Assembly: GCA_964573095.1 (NCBI GenBank)
Contig: CAZNIK010000001.1
Span: forward strand, 249,004-313,003
Direction: 5' to 3'
Source: an uncultured Candidatus Saccharibacteria bacterium
GTDB lineage: Bacteria > Patescibacteriota > Saccharimonadia > Saccharimonadales > 2-12-FULL-41-12
DNA: 64,000 nt
Shown: piece after piece, positions 18,643 to 28,779 of the stretch
How positions within the stretch are numbered: the stretch's first letter is position 1
Layout of the letters: every line of letters starts with the position of its first letter
Notes under the pieces: generated by a model
Database searches by the model: none
What the model was told of the DNA's origin: nothing
The model's input: only the letters and a program-made list of their open reading frames with translations
Position numbers and translations under genes: made by a program

Positions 18643-21600
18643 TATTTTACTGCCGCTTCGCCGAAAATTTCTGAAAGTTGCATAAAAAATGCATCATTCG
18701 GCTCAACCGCAGTTGGAAGCTTAATTACTTTTTTGTTGCTATCCTCGCCCACCACCAGCACAATTGGGGTGTTTCCAGTCCGCGCATCGATCAACCGCTT
18801 AAGTCGTGTCAATTTTTCGTGATCGTCGGTGTTTAGCAGTCGTATGTAAAGTCTTTTCTCGACGGCGGTAGCAACGTCTTGAGTGGTTGACTTCTTTATT
18901 GTCGCTTTCGGCGCCTTTGGTTTTTTCCCAACTGGTTCATAGGCCTTGGCTTGCGCTTCTGTTATTGGGCGGGCATCATCAACTAGTATCTTGACCTCTT
19001 CGTTTGTATTTCCATTTCTATCAGTCGATGATATCTTACCTTTGACCAGCACAACCTCGTCCCGCTCCCACATGCCAAGAGTTTTTTGATAGGCGTTCGG
19101 AAAAAGCACAAGTTCAATTTCTTTTGATAGGTCAGCCAAGGTCGCAAAGGCCATCTTTTGGCCGGTTTTTGTGGTAACTTCCTTGATTTCAACAACTGAG
19201 CCGCCCACCTCAACCGTCTTCCCATCCATATCAGACTTTATTTCGCCAATTGGTATGCATTGTTCACTTAGAATAGCTTCAAATTCTTGAAGCGGATGCT
19301 GACTTAAATATAATCCCAGTAACTCTCTTTCCCATGAAAGTAAGGTCCGATTATCAATCGAGTCAGAAACTTCGCTCAAGGCAAGCTTTGGGGCAATATG
19401 GGTATTGTCCTCAAGCGCTCCAAATAAGTCAGTTTGGCCGGTGTTGCTGTCCTTTTGGACGCGGTTCGCGTATGCGATAAGAGTGTCAATATTGTGTACC
19501 AGAACACTACGATCACCAAACCCATCAAGCGCCCCAGACTTTGCAAGACTTTCAAGTGCTTTTCGATTCACAACACGTACGCTCGTCTTTGATAAGAAAT
19601 CCTCAAGACTGGAGAAACCCCCATCTATCTGGCGGGCCCTTAGAATTTCTTCAACTGCACCAGCACCAACATTTTTTATGGCTCTCATCCCAAATCGAAT
19701 CTGGTCGTTGCCTTCTTTGTCTTTAATAACTGCAAATTCCAAAAACGACTCTTGGACGTCTGGGGGTAGCACTGTAATTCCCATATGTTTACACTCATTA
19801 ATTTCGATCGCCAACCGATCAATATCGTCATAGTCGCTGGTCATGAGGGCTGCCATGAACGCTGCAGGATAGTTCGCCTTCAAATATGCAGTTTGATAGG
19901 CAATAGTCGCATAGCACGACGAGTGCGACTTGGGAAAGCAATACGCAGCGAAGGCTTCAAGTGAAACCCAAAATTCCTCAATTTTTGATCGACTAATATC
20001 AGAATTCTTGAGGGCCCCTTCGATAAAGTCCTTCTTGAGGGCAGCCAGAACCTCGGGTCTCTTTTTGGCAACCCCTTTGCGCAAGGTGTCGGCTTGACCA
20101 CCGGTGAATCCACAAAGATCTTTTGCAATCTGCATGACTTGTTCTTGATACACCAATACACCATACGTATTTTTGAGGGCGCCTTCAGTTTTTTTGTGCA
20201 AGTAATCAATCTTGGTTTTACCGTGCTTGCGATCAATAAAATCGCCTATCCATTGCATCGGCCCAGGTCGATACAGCGCATTCATTGCGATCAGATCGTC
20301 AAAAACTGTCGGCTTCAATTGCTTAAGATAACGCTTCATTCCTGCCGATTCAAATTGAAACACGCCGGTCGTGTCGCCTTTTTGAAATAACTCAAATGTC
20401 TTCTTGTCGTCGAGGGGAATCTCGCCTATGTCGATTGTTACGGCGTAGACTTTCCGAATAATACGCATTGCGTTTTTTATTATTGTGAGGTTTGACAAGC
20501 CCAAAAAATCTATTTTAAGCAAGCCCAATTCTTCTATCGGCCCCATTGAATACTGGGTTGCAATCACGCCTTTTTGGGCCATTTCCAAGGGCACGTATTG
20601 GATAATTTCTCCTGGCGCAATTACGACACCCGCAGCGTGAACCCCATGGCTACGAATTGTACCCTCCAGTTTTACTGCTAAATCAAAAACTGCTTGGGCT
20701 TGTTCATTTGTTTTATATTCATTTCTTAGCTCGTTGTTCTCGCGAAGCGACGCTTCAAGAGGAATATGCCGACCTTGAATCGGCGGCGGAATCATCTTGG
20801 CTATTCGATCAGACTCTGAGTAGGGAACTTGCAGAACGCGGGCCACATCGCGGACCGCATTCCTGGCAGCCATACGACCAAATGTAACGATATTGGCCAC
20901 GCGGTCCTCGCCGTATTTATCGATACAATACTGGATTACCTCGTCGCGTCGAGTGTCTTGAATATCAATATCGATATCGGGCATACTAATTCGATCGGGG
21001 TTCAAAAATCGCTCAAATAGCAGATCGTATTCAAGTGGGTCAAGTTCAGTGATATTAAGCGCATACGAAATAATCGATCCGGCAGCACTTCCCCTGCCTG
21101 GACCAAAGACAATGCCTTGTAATTTTCCCCAGTTAACAAAATCAGCAATAATCAGAAAATATCCGTTAAACCCCATGTCGTTGATAACCGAGAGTTCGTA
21201 TTTGGCTCGTTGAAGGATGTCTTTGCCGAGAACTCTTTTGGCTTCACCAATAGTCAGTTTTTTGGCAGTGTCTTTTTTTGCGTTTCCATAGCGCCACGCT
21301 AAACCTTGATAGACAAGAGTTTCTAGTAGTGATTTCTCGGTCTGGTTTTTTGGAACGGGAAATTTGGGAATCAGTATTTTGCCCAGTTCAATATCGACAT
21401 TACAACGATCGGCAATTATGCGCGTGTTTCTTATCGCTTGCGGATACTCACCACCCCAACGAGCTATAACTTCTTTTGGATCAGCAACATGAAGCTCAAA
21501 ATCCTTTAAGCTCATGCGCTTTTCGTCAGATAAAAATGAACCAGTTTGAACACACAGCAGTATTTCGTGCGCCTCTTGATCTGAATGCTTTAAGTAGTGC

Positions 21601-22313
21601 GCATCGCCAGTTACAACAAGAGGAATGTCCAGCTCTGCCGAAAGCCTCACGGCTTGTTCATTGACTTTTATCTGCTCATCCCAGGAACTAGTGTGCTCAA
21701 CATGTCCATGATCTTGAAGTTCGATATAGTAACGATCACCAAAAATACCTTTGTACCACGTTGCTATTTTTTTGGCATTGTCGTATTGTTCTTGCCTTAG
21801 AGCATCTCCAACCTCGCCGTTAATGCAGCCCGACAACACAATAAGCCCGTCATTATACTTCTCGAGTAACTCGTGATCTATTCGTGGCTTATAATAAAAT
21901 CCGTCCAAATTTGCGATCGTCGAGAGCCGCATTAAATTTTGGTAGCCTTTGTTGTTCATTGCCAATAAAATCAAATGGTAGTATTGCTTATCATGTGCTG
22001 GATCTTTGTCGGTGTGCCTCCTGGGAGAAACGTAGGCCTCAATACCAATTATTGGTTTCACGCCTTTTTCTTTGCATGTTTTATAGAACTCTATTGCGCC
22101 GGATAATGTCCCATGATCCGTCATTGCAACCGAATCCATGCCCATGGCTTTCACCTCATCAACCAGAGCCGGTATCTTTGTGAGGCCGTCGAGTAAACTG
22201 TACTGTGTGTGGTTGTGTAGGTGAACGAAATCGCCCGAATCAAGCAATTTAGGAACAGTCGAAACCTTGTTCTTGTCCACTTTTTTATTAATGACGAACT
22301 TCTCCCCTGCCAA
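18636..22313 (-). CDS. dnaE: DNA polymerase III alpha subunit
   Basis: It has a PHP domain (HLHNHTQYSLLDG), the polymerase core (GPGRGSAAGS, PDIDIDI) and an OB-fold C-terminal region. The ORF-track start is a TTG and the true start is uncertain. Confidence 0.95.
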   Translation of the reverse strand: MAGEKFVINKKVDKNKVSTVPKLLDSGDFVHLHNHTQYSLLDGLTKIPALVDEVKAMGMDSVAMTDHGTLSGAIEFYKTCKEKGVKPIIGIEAYVSPRRHTDKDPAHDKQYYHLILLAMNNKGYQNLMRLSTIANLDGFYYKPRIDHELLEKYNDGLIVLSGCINGEVGDALRQEQYDNAKKIATWYKGIFGDRYYIELQDHGHVEHTSSWDEQIKVNEQAVRLSAELDIPLVVTGDAHYLKHSDQEAHEILLCVQTGSFLSDEKRMSLKDFELHVADPKEVIARWGGEYPQAIRNTRIIADRCNVDIELGKILIPKFPVPKNQTEKSLLETLVYQGLAWRYGNAKKDTAKKLTIGEAKRVLGKDILQRAKYELSVINDMGFNGYFLIIADFVNWGKLQGIVFGPGRGSAAGSIISYALNITELDPLEYDLLFERFLNPDRISMPDIDIDIQDTRRDEVIQYCIDKYGEDRVANIVTFGRMAARNAVRDVARVLQVPYSESDRIAKMIPPPIQGRHIPLEASLRENNELRNEYKTNEQAQAVFDLAVKLEGTIRSHGVHAAGVVIAPGEIIQYVPLEMAQKGVIATQYSMGPIEELGLLKIDFLGLSNLTIIKNAMRIIRKVYAVTIDIGEIPLDDKKTFELFQKGDTTGVFQFESAGMKRYLKQLKPTVFDDLIAMNALYRPGPMQWIGDFIDRKHGKTKIDYLHKKTEGALKNTYGVLVYQEQVMQIAKDLCGFTGGQADTLRKGVAKKRPEVLAALKKDFIEGALKNSDISRSKIEEFWVSLEAFAAYCFPKSHSSCYATIAYQTAYLKANYPAAFMAALMTSDYDDIDRLAIEINECKHMGITVLPPDVQESFLEFAVIKDKEGNDQIRFGMRAIKNVGAGAVEEILRARQIDGGFSSLEDFLSKTSVRVVNRKALESLAKSGALDGFGDRSVLVHNIDTLIAYANRVQKDSNTGQTDLFGALEDNTHIAPKLALSEVSDSIDNRTLLSWERELLGLYLSQHPLQEFEAILSEQCIPIGEIKSDMDGKTVEVGGSVVEIKEVTTKTGQKMAFATLADLSKEIELVLFPNAYQKTLGMWERDEVVLVKGKISSTDRNGNTNEEVKILVDDARPITEAQAKAYEPVGKKPKAPKATIKKSTTQDVATAVEKRLYIRLLNTDDHEKLTRLKRLIDARTGNTPIVLVVGEDSNKKVIKLPTAVEPNDAFFMQLSEIFGEAAVKYQ

Positions 22314-22385
22314 AAAAGACTATTACACTGCTACGCTACTTTAGACACGCCTTATTATAACGTGTAAACAAAAAGTCTTTAGGAA

Positions 22386-22793
22386 TTACTTCTTAATAAA
22401 ACGACTAAGGTTTTGTTTTGCAAGCTTAACTTCATCGATGACCGCTTGAAGATGGGGGTCGTCGGCATCTCCGTGATGAATGGCACTGAGAAGTAGCTTG
22501 GCTTTTCCGCGGGCAATTTTTGCTTGCTCAAGGGCTTCTGCGTACTCTTTGCTGGCCTTTGATTTTGCGCTTTTCACTTTCTCATCACCTTGCTTAATGA
22601 GATCGCCAAGATCGCTGTGTAGCTTTTTCAGTTGCTTATCGGCTTTAGCTCTTGCGTTAGTAACGCCACCCGCAATGTCTCGCCTAGTTTCCTTGCCGCT
22701 TTTTGGTGCTGTTAGAATTCCTGTGACATACCCAATTCCCGCAGCAATAATTGCCCCGAGAGCGATCGTTCTCCCTTTGCTATTTTTGGTCAT
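22386..22793 (-). CDS. YtxH-domain protein
   Basis: It has an N-terminal TM helix followed by the APKSGKETRRDI motif, then helical Lys/Ala-rich sequence. Confidence 0.72.
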   Translation of the reverse strand: MTKNSKGRTIALGAIIAAGIGYVTGILTAPKSGKETRRDIAGGVTNARAKADKQLKKLHSDLGDLIKQGDEKVKSAKSKASKEYAEALEQAKIARGKAKLLLSAIHHGDADDPHLQAVIDEVKLAKQNLSRFIKK

Positions 22794-23050
22794 TTCTTCT
22801 TCTCCTTGCCTTGTAGCATTTCACTCACATTCGAGAGCAGTTTTACCACCGCAACCGGCGTGGCAGTTTTTGCAAAAAATTCACTCACATGCTCGGCTTG
22901 ATCCGCAACTTTTTCAGCGTGCTCCGTAATGCGCTTGGCAGTGTTGGCTATTTGGATTAACTTCACTGTCAAGACAATAAATAAAATCAAGAACAACGCC
23001 AGTGCTGCTCCAAGAATAATAACTAACGCTTCATACCAACTCGAGTCCAT
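22790..23050 (-). CDS. Small DUF948-like membrane protein
   Basis: It has a single TM helix (ALVIILGAALALFLILFIVLTV) followed by an amphipathic helix. It overlaps the YtxH gene by 4 nt; this pairing is common in Firmicutes. Confidence 0.55.
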   Translation of the reverse strand: MDSSWYEALVIILGAALALFLILFIVLTVKLIQIANTAKRITEHAEKVADQAEHVSEFFAKTATPVAVVKLLSNVSEMLQGKEKKK

Positions 23051-23057
23051 AGTTGTA

Positions 23058-23951
23058 TTATTTTACCACCTTTTTGAGATATTCAAAGAAGTCATCTTTG
23101 ATTTCCTCATTGCGAAGCGCAAAGTCTACGACGGTTTTCAGATATTCAAGCTTATTGCCAGTGTCGTAGTATTTGCTATTTTTTATCTGATAGGCCAGGA
23201 GTTCCTTGCCGTCGTCAATCATCTTTGTCATTGCAGGCTGTATGGTGAACTCTTGACCGTCCTTTACTTCAGATTGCGTCTGTCTCAAATACGCAAAAAT
23301 TTCTGGTGTTAATAAGTACCCGCTCACGCTCGCAAAATTGCTTGGCGCCCTGGCTTTTCCTGGTTTCTCAATAATTGTCGACATTCGCATAAGACCTTCA
23401 CCAATTGGGCTGCCAGCCAAAATTCCATACTGGTCAAAGTCTTTTTCTTCGGTTATTTCTATGCACGGCACTACACATGATCCGTGAGAGTTATATAGAT
23501 CTATCATCTGCCTAAAGCTGCTTGGCTCAGACACAATAAAGTCGTCCGCAAAAGTGTAGATAAATGGTTCATCTCCAATTAGGTGCTCAGCATTTAGCAC
23601 TGGTGTGGCATTTCCATATGGTCCCTTTTGGCGAATATACGCAAAATTTGCGAGCTGCGAAATCTTGCGTGTCTCTTCAAGAAGCGTTAACTTTCCGGCT
23701 TTGCGAAGGTTTGCACGCAATTCAGCACTGGTGTGGTCAAAATGGTCTTCGATTGATCGCTTGTGATACCCGGTTACTATCACAATATCTTCGATACCAG
23801 CATCAGTCAGTTCCTCGACAATGTATTGTATGATCGGCTTGTCGACGAGAGGGAGCATTTCCTTCGGCATTGCTTTAGTTTGCGGCAAAAACCGGGTACC
23901 AAAACCGGCGGCCGCAATCACTGCTTTTCTAACTTTTTTTCTCGAACTCAC
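23058..23951 (-). CDS. galU: UTP--glucose-1-phosphate uridylyltransferase
   Basis: It has KAVIAAAGFGTRFLPQTKAMPKEMLP and VEKP-like (IIEKPG) motifs. The GTG start overlaps the gatB stop. Confidence 0.9.
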   Translation of the reverse strand: MSSRKKVRKAVIAAAGFGTRFLPQTKAMPKEMLPLVDKPIIQYIVEELTDAGIEDIVIVTGYHKRSIEDHFDHTSAELRANLRKAGKLTLLEETRKISQLANFAYIRQKGPYGNATPVLNAEHLIGDEPFIYTFADDFIVSEPSSFRQMIDLYNSHGSCVVPCIEITEEKDFDQYGILAGSPIGEGLMRMSTIIEKPGKARAPSNFASVSGYLLTPEIFAYLRQTQSEVKDGQEFTIQPAMTKMIDDGKELLAYQIKNSKYYDTGNKLEYLKTVVDFALRNEEIKDDFFEYLKKVVK

Positions 23952-25402
23952 GAAAGTCTCTTTCGTATGAGTTGTTGCACGATTGAAGGGTTGGCTTTGC
24001 CTTTTGACTGCTTCATAACTTGCCCGACCAAGAAGCCAATGGCTTTTGCTTCCCCGCGTCTTACATCTTCGACAGCAACTGTGTTTTGTCGTATCACCTC
24101 GTCAACAATCACTGCAATCTCATCAACGTTGGAGACTTGGATGAGACCCTGCGTTTTGGCGTACTCCTCGATGCTTGTGGGCAACTTGTCTGCCATGAGT
24201 AGATCGGTTAATAATTTTTTGGCGTTTGTGGAACTCAATTTGTTTTCTTTTAGTAGTTCATACACCGATTTTTCTAGTTTGATATGAGCCGAATTTTCAA
24301 GCTTTAGTTGTTGCTCCCTTAATAAGGGGACAGTGATATTAACTGTCCAATTTGCAATGTGTTTGGCAAGCTCTTGGTTTTGAAGATTGTCTTGAATCAG
24401 TGGCAAAAAGCTAAGTTCCTCAAATTCAACCTCAGAATCAATAAGGCTTTCTATGTGGTGCGGGTCAAGACCGAGGTCACGAAGAATTTTCCTCCACTCA
24501 TCCGGCATAAGCGGAAAGTCATCTGGCCGATGGGTGAGCTGTTCATCGTCAAGCACCGTAGGTGGAATATCTGGGTCTGGCATGTATCGATAGTCGTGAG
24601 ACTCTTCCTTGCTGCGCTGCGAAAACGTCTTTTGCTTCGCATCATCCCACCCCCTCGTCTCCTGCGGAACGGGCTTCCCGGCTTCCAGAAGATCTATTTG
24701 TCGTTTAATTTCGTACTCAACGGCCTTTTCGACAGCTCGAAAGCTGTTAAGATTTTTGGTTTCGGTTCTGATTCCGAGTTTTTTAGGGTCACTACTTACA
24801 CTTACATTTACATCGAAGCGCATATTGCCTTGAAACAAATCTGCAACACTTACCCCCGCATACTTCATAAGTAAATACAGTTCCCGCGCGTAAGCCTTTG
24901 CTTCGGCAGGGCTCTGGATGTCTGGTTCGCTCACTATTTCCAGCAGCGGCGTGCCCGCTCGATTCAAGTCAACCAAGCTGTAGTTTTTGCCCTGTGGGTG
25001 AGTGTTTTTTCCGGCGTCCTCTTCTAGATGTGCCCTAGTAATACCAATCCGCTTGCGCGCACCGTCAGCAACGATATTGACATGTCCCCCCATGATAATC
25101 GGGTGATTAAATTGGGATATTTGGTAGCCTTTTGGAAGATCTGGATAAAAATAATGTTTACGATCGAAGGAACTAAACTTTTGGGGTGGCGTGTTTAGTG
25201 CATATGAAGCCCGTATTGCTAAGTGAACCGCCTGTTGGTTTAGCACAGGAAGTGCACCAGGCATACCCATACACACATGGCTAATTAGGCTGTTTGGTTC
25301 GGCGCTTGTGGCATCGTTTCCTACGGCCACAAACAGTTTTGTTTTGGTCTTTAGTTGTACATGACACTCTATTCCAATAGTCGGTAGATAGCTGACGCTC
25401 AT
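23948..25402 (-). CDS. gatB: Asp/Glu-tRNA amidotransferase subunit B
   Basis: It has PTIGIECHVQL, YFYPDLPKGYQISQ and a C-terminal YqeY-like domain. Confidence 0.96.
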   Translation of the reverse strand: MSVSYLPTIGIECHVQLKTKTKLFVAVGNDATSAEPNSLISHVCMGMPGALPVLNQQAVHLAIRASYALNTPPQKFSSFDRKHYFYPDLPKGYQISQFNHPIIMGGHVNIVADGARKRIGITRAHLEEDAGKNTHPQGKNYSLVDLNRAGTPLLEIVSEPDIQSPAEAKAYARELYLLMKYAGVSVADLFQGNMRFDVNVSVSSDPKKLGIRTETKNLNSFRAVEKAVEYEIKRQIDLLEAGKPVPQETRGWDDAKQKTFSQRSKEESHDYRYMPDPDIPPTVLDDEQLTHRPDDFPLMPDEWRKILRDLGLDPHHIESLIDSEVEFEELSFLPLIQDNLQNQELAKHIANWTVNITVPLLREQQLKLENSAHIKLEKSVYELLKENKLSSTNAKKLLTDLLMADKLPTSIEEYAKTQGLIQVSNVDEIAVIVDEVIRQNTVAVEDVRRGEAKAIGFLVGQVMKQSKGKANPSIVQQLIRKRLS

Positions 25403-25806
25403 AGTGCCCCAAGATCCTTTAGGCCCTGTCGAATGCCGAACAGTGCATCCTTGACTTCGACTTTTTTCAGCTTGATCGATGGTTCAGCTTCGATTTTTTT
25501 TCTGAGCTTGTGGGCATACCAAACACTGTCGTTATCGGTGAATATTTTTTGGGCTTCAACAAGTCTTTCTCCCATTGAGTTACCCTTGTAGCGCCTTTTT
25601 TTCAGCACATCATCGAGCAGATTATCAGCTTCAATAACTGCTTGGGGCCATGTCTCTTTACTCGGGCACAGTTTTTGAATGTCTTTCCATCGTTTTGAAT
25701 AATGTCGAATCTTTACGCGTTTTGGGCGTTTTTTGTTGAACACAAAGCCGAGCACGCAGACCGCCAACACCCCCACGGCGCTCGCAACAATAGCCTCAAA
25801 ACTCAT
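25399..25806 (-). CDS. Hypothetical single-pass membrane protein inserted between gatA and gatB
   Basis: It overlaps both neighbours by ATGA. It has an N-terminal TM helix (AIVASAVGVLAVCVLGFVF), a basic stretch, then a helical soluble part. I recognise no family. Confidence 0.6.
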   Translation of the reverse strand: MSFEAIVASAVGVLAVCVLGFVFNKKRPKRVKIRHYSKRWKDIQKLCPSKETWPQAVIEADNLLDDVLKKRRYKGNSMGERLVEAQKIFTDNDSVWYAHKLRKKIEAEPSIKLKKVEVKDALFGIRQGLKDLGAL

Positions 25807-27227
25807 ACGAGAACTCCCTCCACAGACATAGCCACCGATAACACTCCTCGATCAGCCGTCTGATCACCGATAATTTGAAGTCCTACTGGCAAACCGTCAA
25901 CTTGGGCGCATGGAATCGAAATAGCAGGATTCCCTGCGAGGTTAACAGCAGCCGTCATAATATCTACTAAATACATCTCTAGAGGGTCGTTGCTGTGTTC
26001 ACCTACTTTAAATGGCGTCATTGGCGCAGTTGGTCCCATTAAAATGTCATATTTTTGAAACGCAGCCTGGAACTCTTTAATAATTTTCGTCCGCACCAAT
26101 TGAGCCTGCTGATAATAGGCATCGTAGTAACCACTGCTAAGCACGTATGTGCCTATCATGATTCTTCTTTTCGCCTCATCACCAAAACCAATTGACCGGC
26201 TTTTTATATAACTTTCTTCAAGAGTCTTGGCGCTGGGGTCAGAATAGCCATATCGCTGCCCATCATACCGGCTCAAATTGCTGCTTACCTCGGCTGGACA
26301 GAGTACGTAATAGCAAGCGAGTGCCAGAGATAGACTTGGCAGACTCGTATACTCTACGTCCGCTCCCGCCGCTTTAATTTTTGTGATTGCGGTTTCGACA
26401 GCATCTTTTACGCCCGGCTCAAGCCCCTCCCCAAAATACTCCTTGATAATACCAACCTTCAGCCCGTCTAACTGCGTTGGCTTAGAAACATAGCTATGAG
26501 AGTCCCGTTCAATAGTTGTGCCATCTAGCTCATCTTTCCCGGCAATGCAGTCAAGCACGAGCGCTGCGTCTTCTACGTTTCGCGCGAGTGGTCCAATCAC
26601 ATCCGTGCTACTCGCCATTGCCACCACACCACTTCTCGATACCAGTCCGTAGGTAGGCTTATAGCCCACAACACCACAGAAGCTCGCTGGTAATCGAATT
26701 GAGCCGCCAGTGTCAGTCCCAAGCGCGAACGGCACGACATCCAAGGCAACTGAGGCAGCAGATCCACCAGAACTGCCACCAGGAACCCTCTGGGAGTCGT
26801 GAGGATTAAGGGTTGTCATGAAGTCACTGTTTTCGGTGCTACTGCCGTGCGCAAACGCGTCAAGATTAGCCTTCGCCACACAAATAGCTCCTTCGGCCTC
26901 AAGAAGCTCAATTGCAGTTGACTGATAGGGAGCAGCAAAACCCTTAAGGATGTTGCTGCCAGCTGTTGTATCCGCACCGAATACTAAAAAATTGTCTTTT
27001 GCAACAAAAGGCACCCCGGCAAGCTTACCAGGATCTTCACCTTTTTTAACCTGGGCATCTATCTCTTTCGCCCGACTTTTTGCCCGCTCCTTCACCACCG
27101 AAATAATTGATCGATATGATTCGACCTCCTCAATTCGTTTCAGTGAGATGTCAACCAAGTGTTCGGCCGTAGTTTTGCCACTTCGAACATCTTCGGCAAT
27201 TTGGGAAATGTTTTTCCAGTGACTCAT
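25803..27227 (-). CDS. gatA: Glutamyl-tRNA(Gln) amidotransferase subunit A
   Basis: The amidase signature GGSSGGSAASVA is present, and the length is typical of the family. Confidence 0.96.
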   Translation of the reverse strand: MSHWKNISQIAEDVRSGKTTAEHLVDISLKRIEEVESYRSIISVVKERAKSRAKEIDAQVKKGEDPGKLAGVPFVAKDNFLVFGADTTAGSNILKGFAAPYQSTAIELLEAEGAICVAKANLDAFAHGSSTENSDFMTTLNPHDSQRVPGGSSGGSAASVALDVVPFALGTDTGGSIRLPASFCGVVGYKPTYGLVSRSGVVAMASSTDVIGPLARNVEDAALVLDCIAGKDELDGTTIERDSHSYVSKPTQLDGLKVGIIKEYFGEGLEPGVKDAVETAITKIKAAGADVEYTSLPSLSLALACYYVLCPAEVSSNLSRYDGQRYGYSDPSAKTLEESYIKSRSIGFGDEAKRRIMIGTYVLSSGYYDAYYQQAQLVRTKIIKEFQAAFQKYDILMGPTAPMTPFKVGEHSNDPLEMYLVDIMTAAVNLAGNPAISIPCAQVDGLPVGLQIIGDQTADRGVLSVAMSVEGVLV

Positions 27228-27511
27228 AGAACCCGTCGTACCTTGATAAGGTTCCCTTCCGTGGCTGGAACGTTCTTAAGTAGCTGCGGTGTCGACTCAA
27301 AGGGCCTTACTTCATCTACCCGCGTCACGTTCTGAAGCCCGGTAACTTGAAAGGTTGGCTCAAGCCCTTCGACATCCACAGACTGTAGTTGCTCGACATA
27401 TTGAACAATCTCATCCAACTCTTTCGTAAATCGAACCAGCTGGTCTTCCGAAAGCTCAATCATGCTGAGCTTGGCCAACTTTAATACATCTTCTCGGGAT
27501 ATTTTTGCCAT
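27224..27511 (-). CDS. gatC: Asp/Glu-tRNA amidotransferase subunit C
   Basis: This 95-aa protein (ISREDVLKLAKLSMIELSEDQL...) overlaps gatA by ATGA. Confidence 0.88.
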   Translation of the reverse strand: MAKISREDVLKLAKLSMIELSEDQLVRFTKELDEIVQYVEQLQSVDVEGLEPTFQVTGLQNVTRVDEVRPFESTPQLLKNVPATEGNLIKVRRVL

Positions 27512-27623
27512 AGGTATTAGTAAGTAGTATATCGAAAATTATTAGTGGTAGCTATAAATGATCTTTACAACACCCCAAAATAGGCATAGGATTAAGCCAT
27601 AATAAGAATATTGCCCGCAAATC

Positions 27624-28772
27624 ATGAATCTTAATCAGCTACCGCACGAAGGTCGAGGCCCGCAGCACGAGGCCAACCCTTATGTCACCCCTCTCGAAAA
27701 TGAGGGGTTTTTTGATGCAAAAGAGGCTGAGTTATTGCCAAGTTTTGATACCGAACTGATTGCAATTCACACGCAAAAGACCGATACGTTTTCGAGGGGA
27801 TCGGTCTACGAAGAGGTTGCCGAAATGGACGATGGAACACTCTATCCAGTTGTAACCGGCCTTCCGAATTATCCAAGAAGCGACACAGCGGTAGTGTTCA
27901 CCACTGCTTGGCTGACCTCGTCCAAGGGCCACAATCGACACACCCTATTTCGAATGATGAAAGCCGGCTACCCGACAATTATGATCGGACCAGAAAGCGA
28001 AATTCCAAACCCGTCTTTAAGTTTTGAACGACGAATGAAATTGGCTCTGAGCGCGACACAATTTAAGATCGCCCATGACCTCAATCGCATCTTGGATGAA
28101 GCACTACCAAGCCTTGGGCATGTGAGAGAAAAGGAGGTCATTGCCCTCGGAGAATCACGCGGCGCAATGCTCGCATCTGGATTTTTTACCCCGCAGTATA
28201 GCGGAGAGCGAAAAATTGCCTATGGGGATACCGTCGCCCCTTGCTTTGCCCGAGCAGCCAAAAAACGAGAGCTGGGGGCAATTGCCCTTCAACTTGCACC
28301 AGAGACGCTCACGCTTGTAAAGCACGGGGTGAATCTCCTTACTCGCCCGGCCGGAAAACACTATATTGACACACTCCACAAGGACCCCGAGTATTACGCT
28401 CATCAGCCCTTCAAAATCCCCTACCTACTCAACGGCGATGCCGGGATATTAGCGCGGGCGGCAATGTCTGCACACCCCACCACAAAGCAGCACATTGTTA
28501 TTTTCAAAGGAGACGGTTGGTCACAAGCAGAGGATTATCAAAAACTGTATCAACCCTACGACGGGGTTACGCTTGAGTTTTCAAAGGGCTATCACCTTGA
28601 CATAGCTCGAAAGGACACCTTGGACAATCAAGAACTGCGCCTTGCAATGATTGCTGAAATGCGAGGCTATGATGGAAGTTTTGATGCGGTTGATTTTAAG
28701 ACTGTCACCCACGCCCACCTGGAGCCAACTTATAAAGTAGTTGGCCGGGCCGCGCTCAATCAAGCTGCCTAG
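27624..28772 (+). CDS. Hypothetical alpha/beta-hydrolase-like protein
   Basis: There is a nucleophile-elbow-like GESRG motif in IALGESRGAMLASG, with later candidate Asp (KGDGW) and His (KGYHLD) residues. I recognise no specific family. Confidence 0.5.
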   Translation: MNLNQLPHEGRGPQHEANPYVTPLENEGFFDAKEAELLPSFDTELIAIHTQKTDTFSRGSVYEEVAEMDDGTLYPVVTGLPNYPRSDTAVVFTTAWLTSSKGHNRHTLFRMMKAGYPTIMIGPESEIPNPSLSFERRMKLALSATQFKIAHDLNRILDEALPSLGHVREKEVIALGESRGAMLASGFFTPQYSGERKIAYGDTVAPCFARAAKKRELGAIALQLAPETLTLVKHGVNLLTRPAGKHYIDTLHKDPEYYAHQPFKIPYLLNGDAGILARAAMSAHPTTKQHIVIFKGDGWSQAEDYQKLYQPYDGVTLEFSKGYHLDIARKDTLDNQELRLAMIAEMRGYDGSFDAVDFKTVTHAHLEPTYKVVGRAALNQAA

Positions 28773-28779
28773 GATCGTC

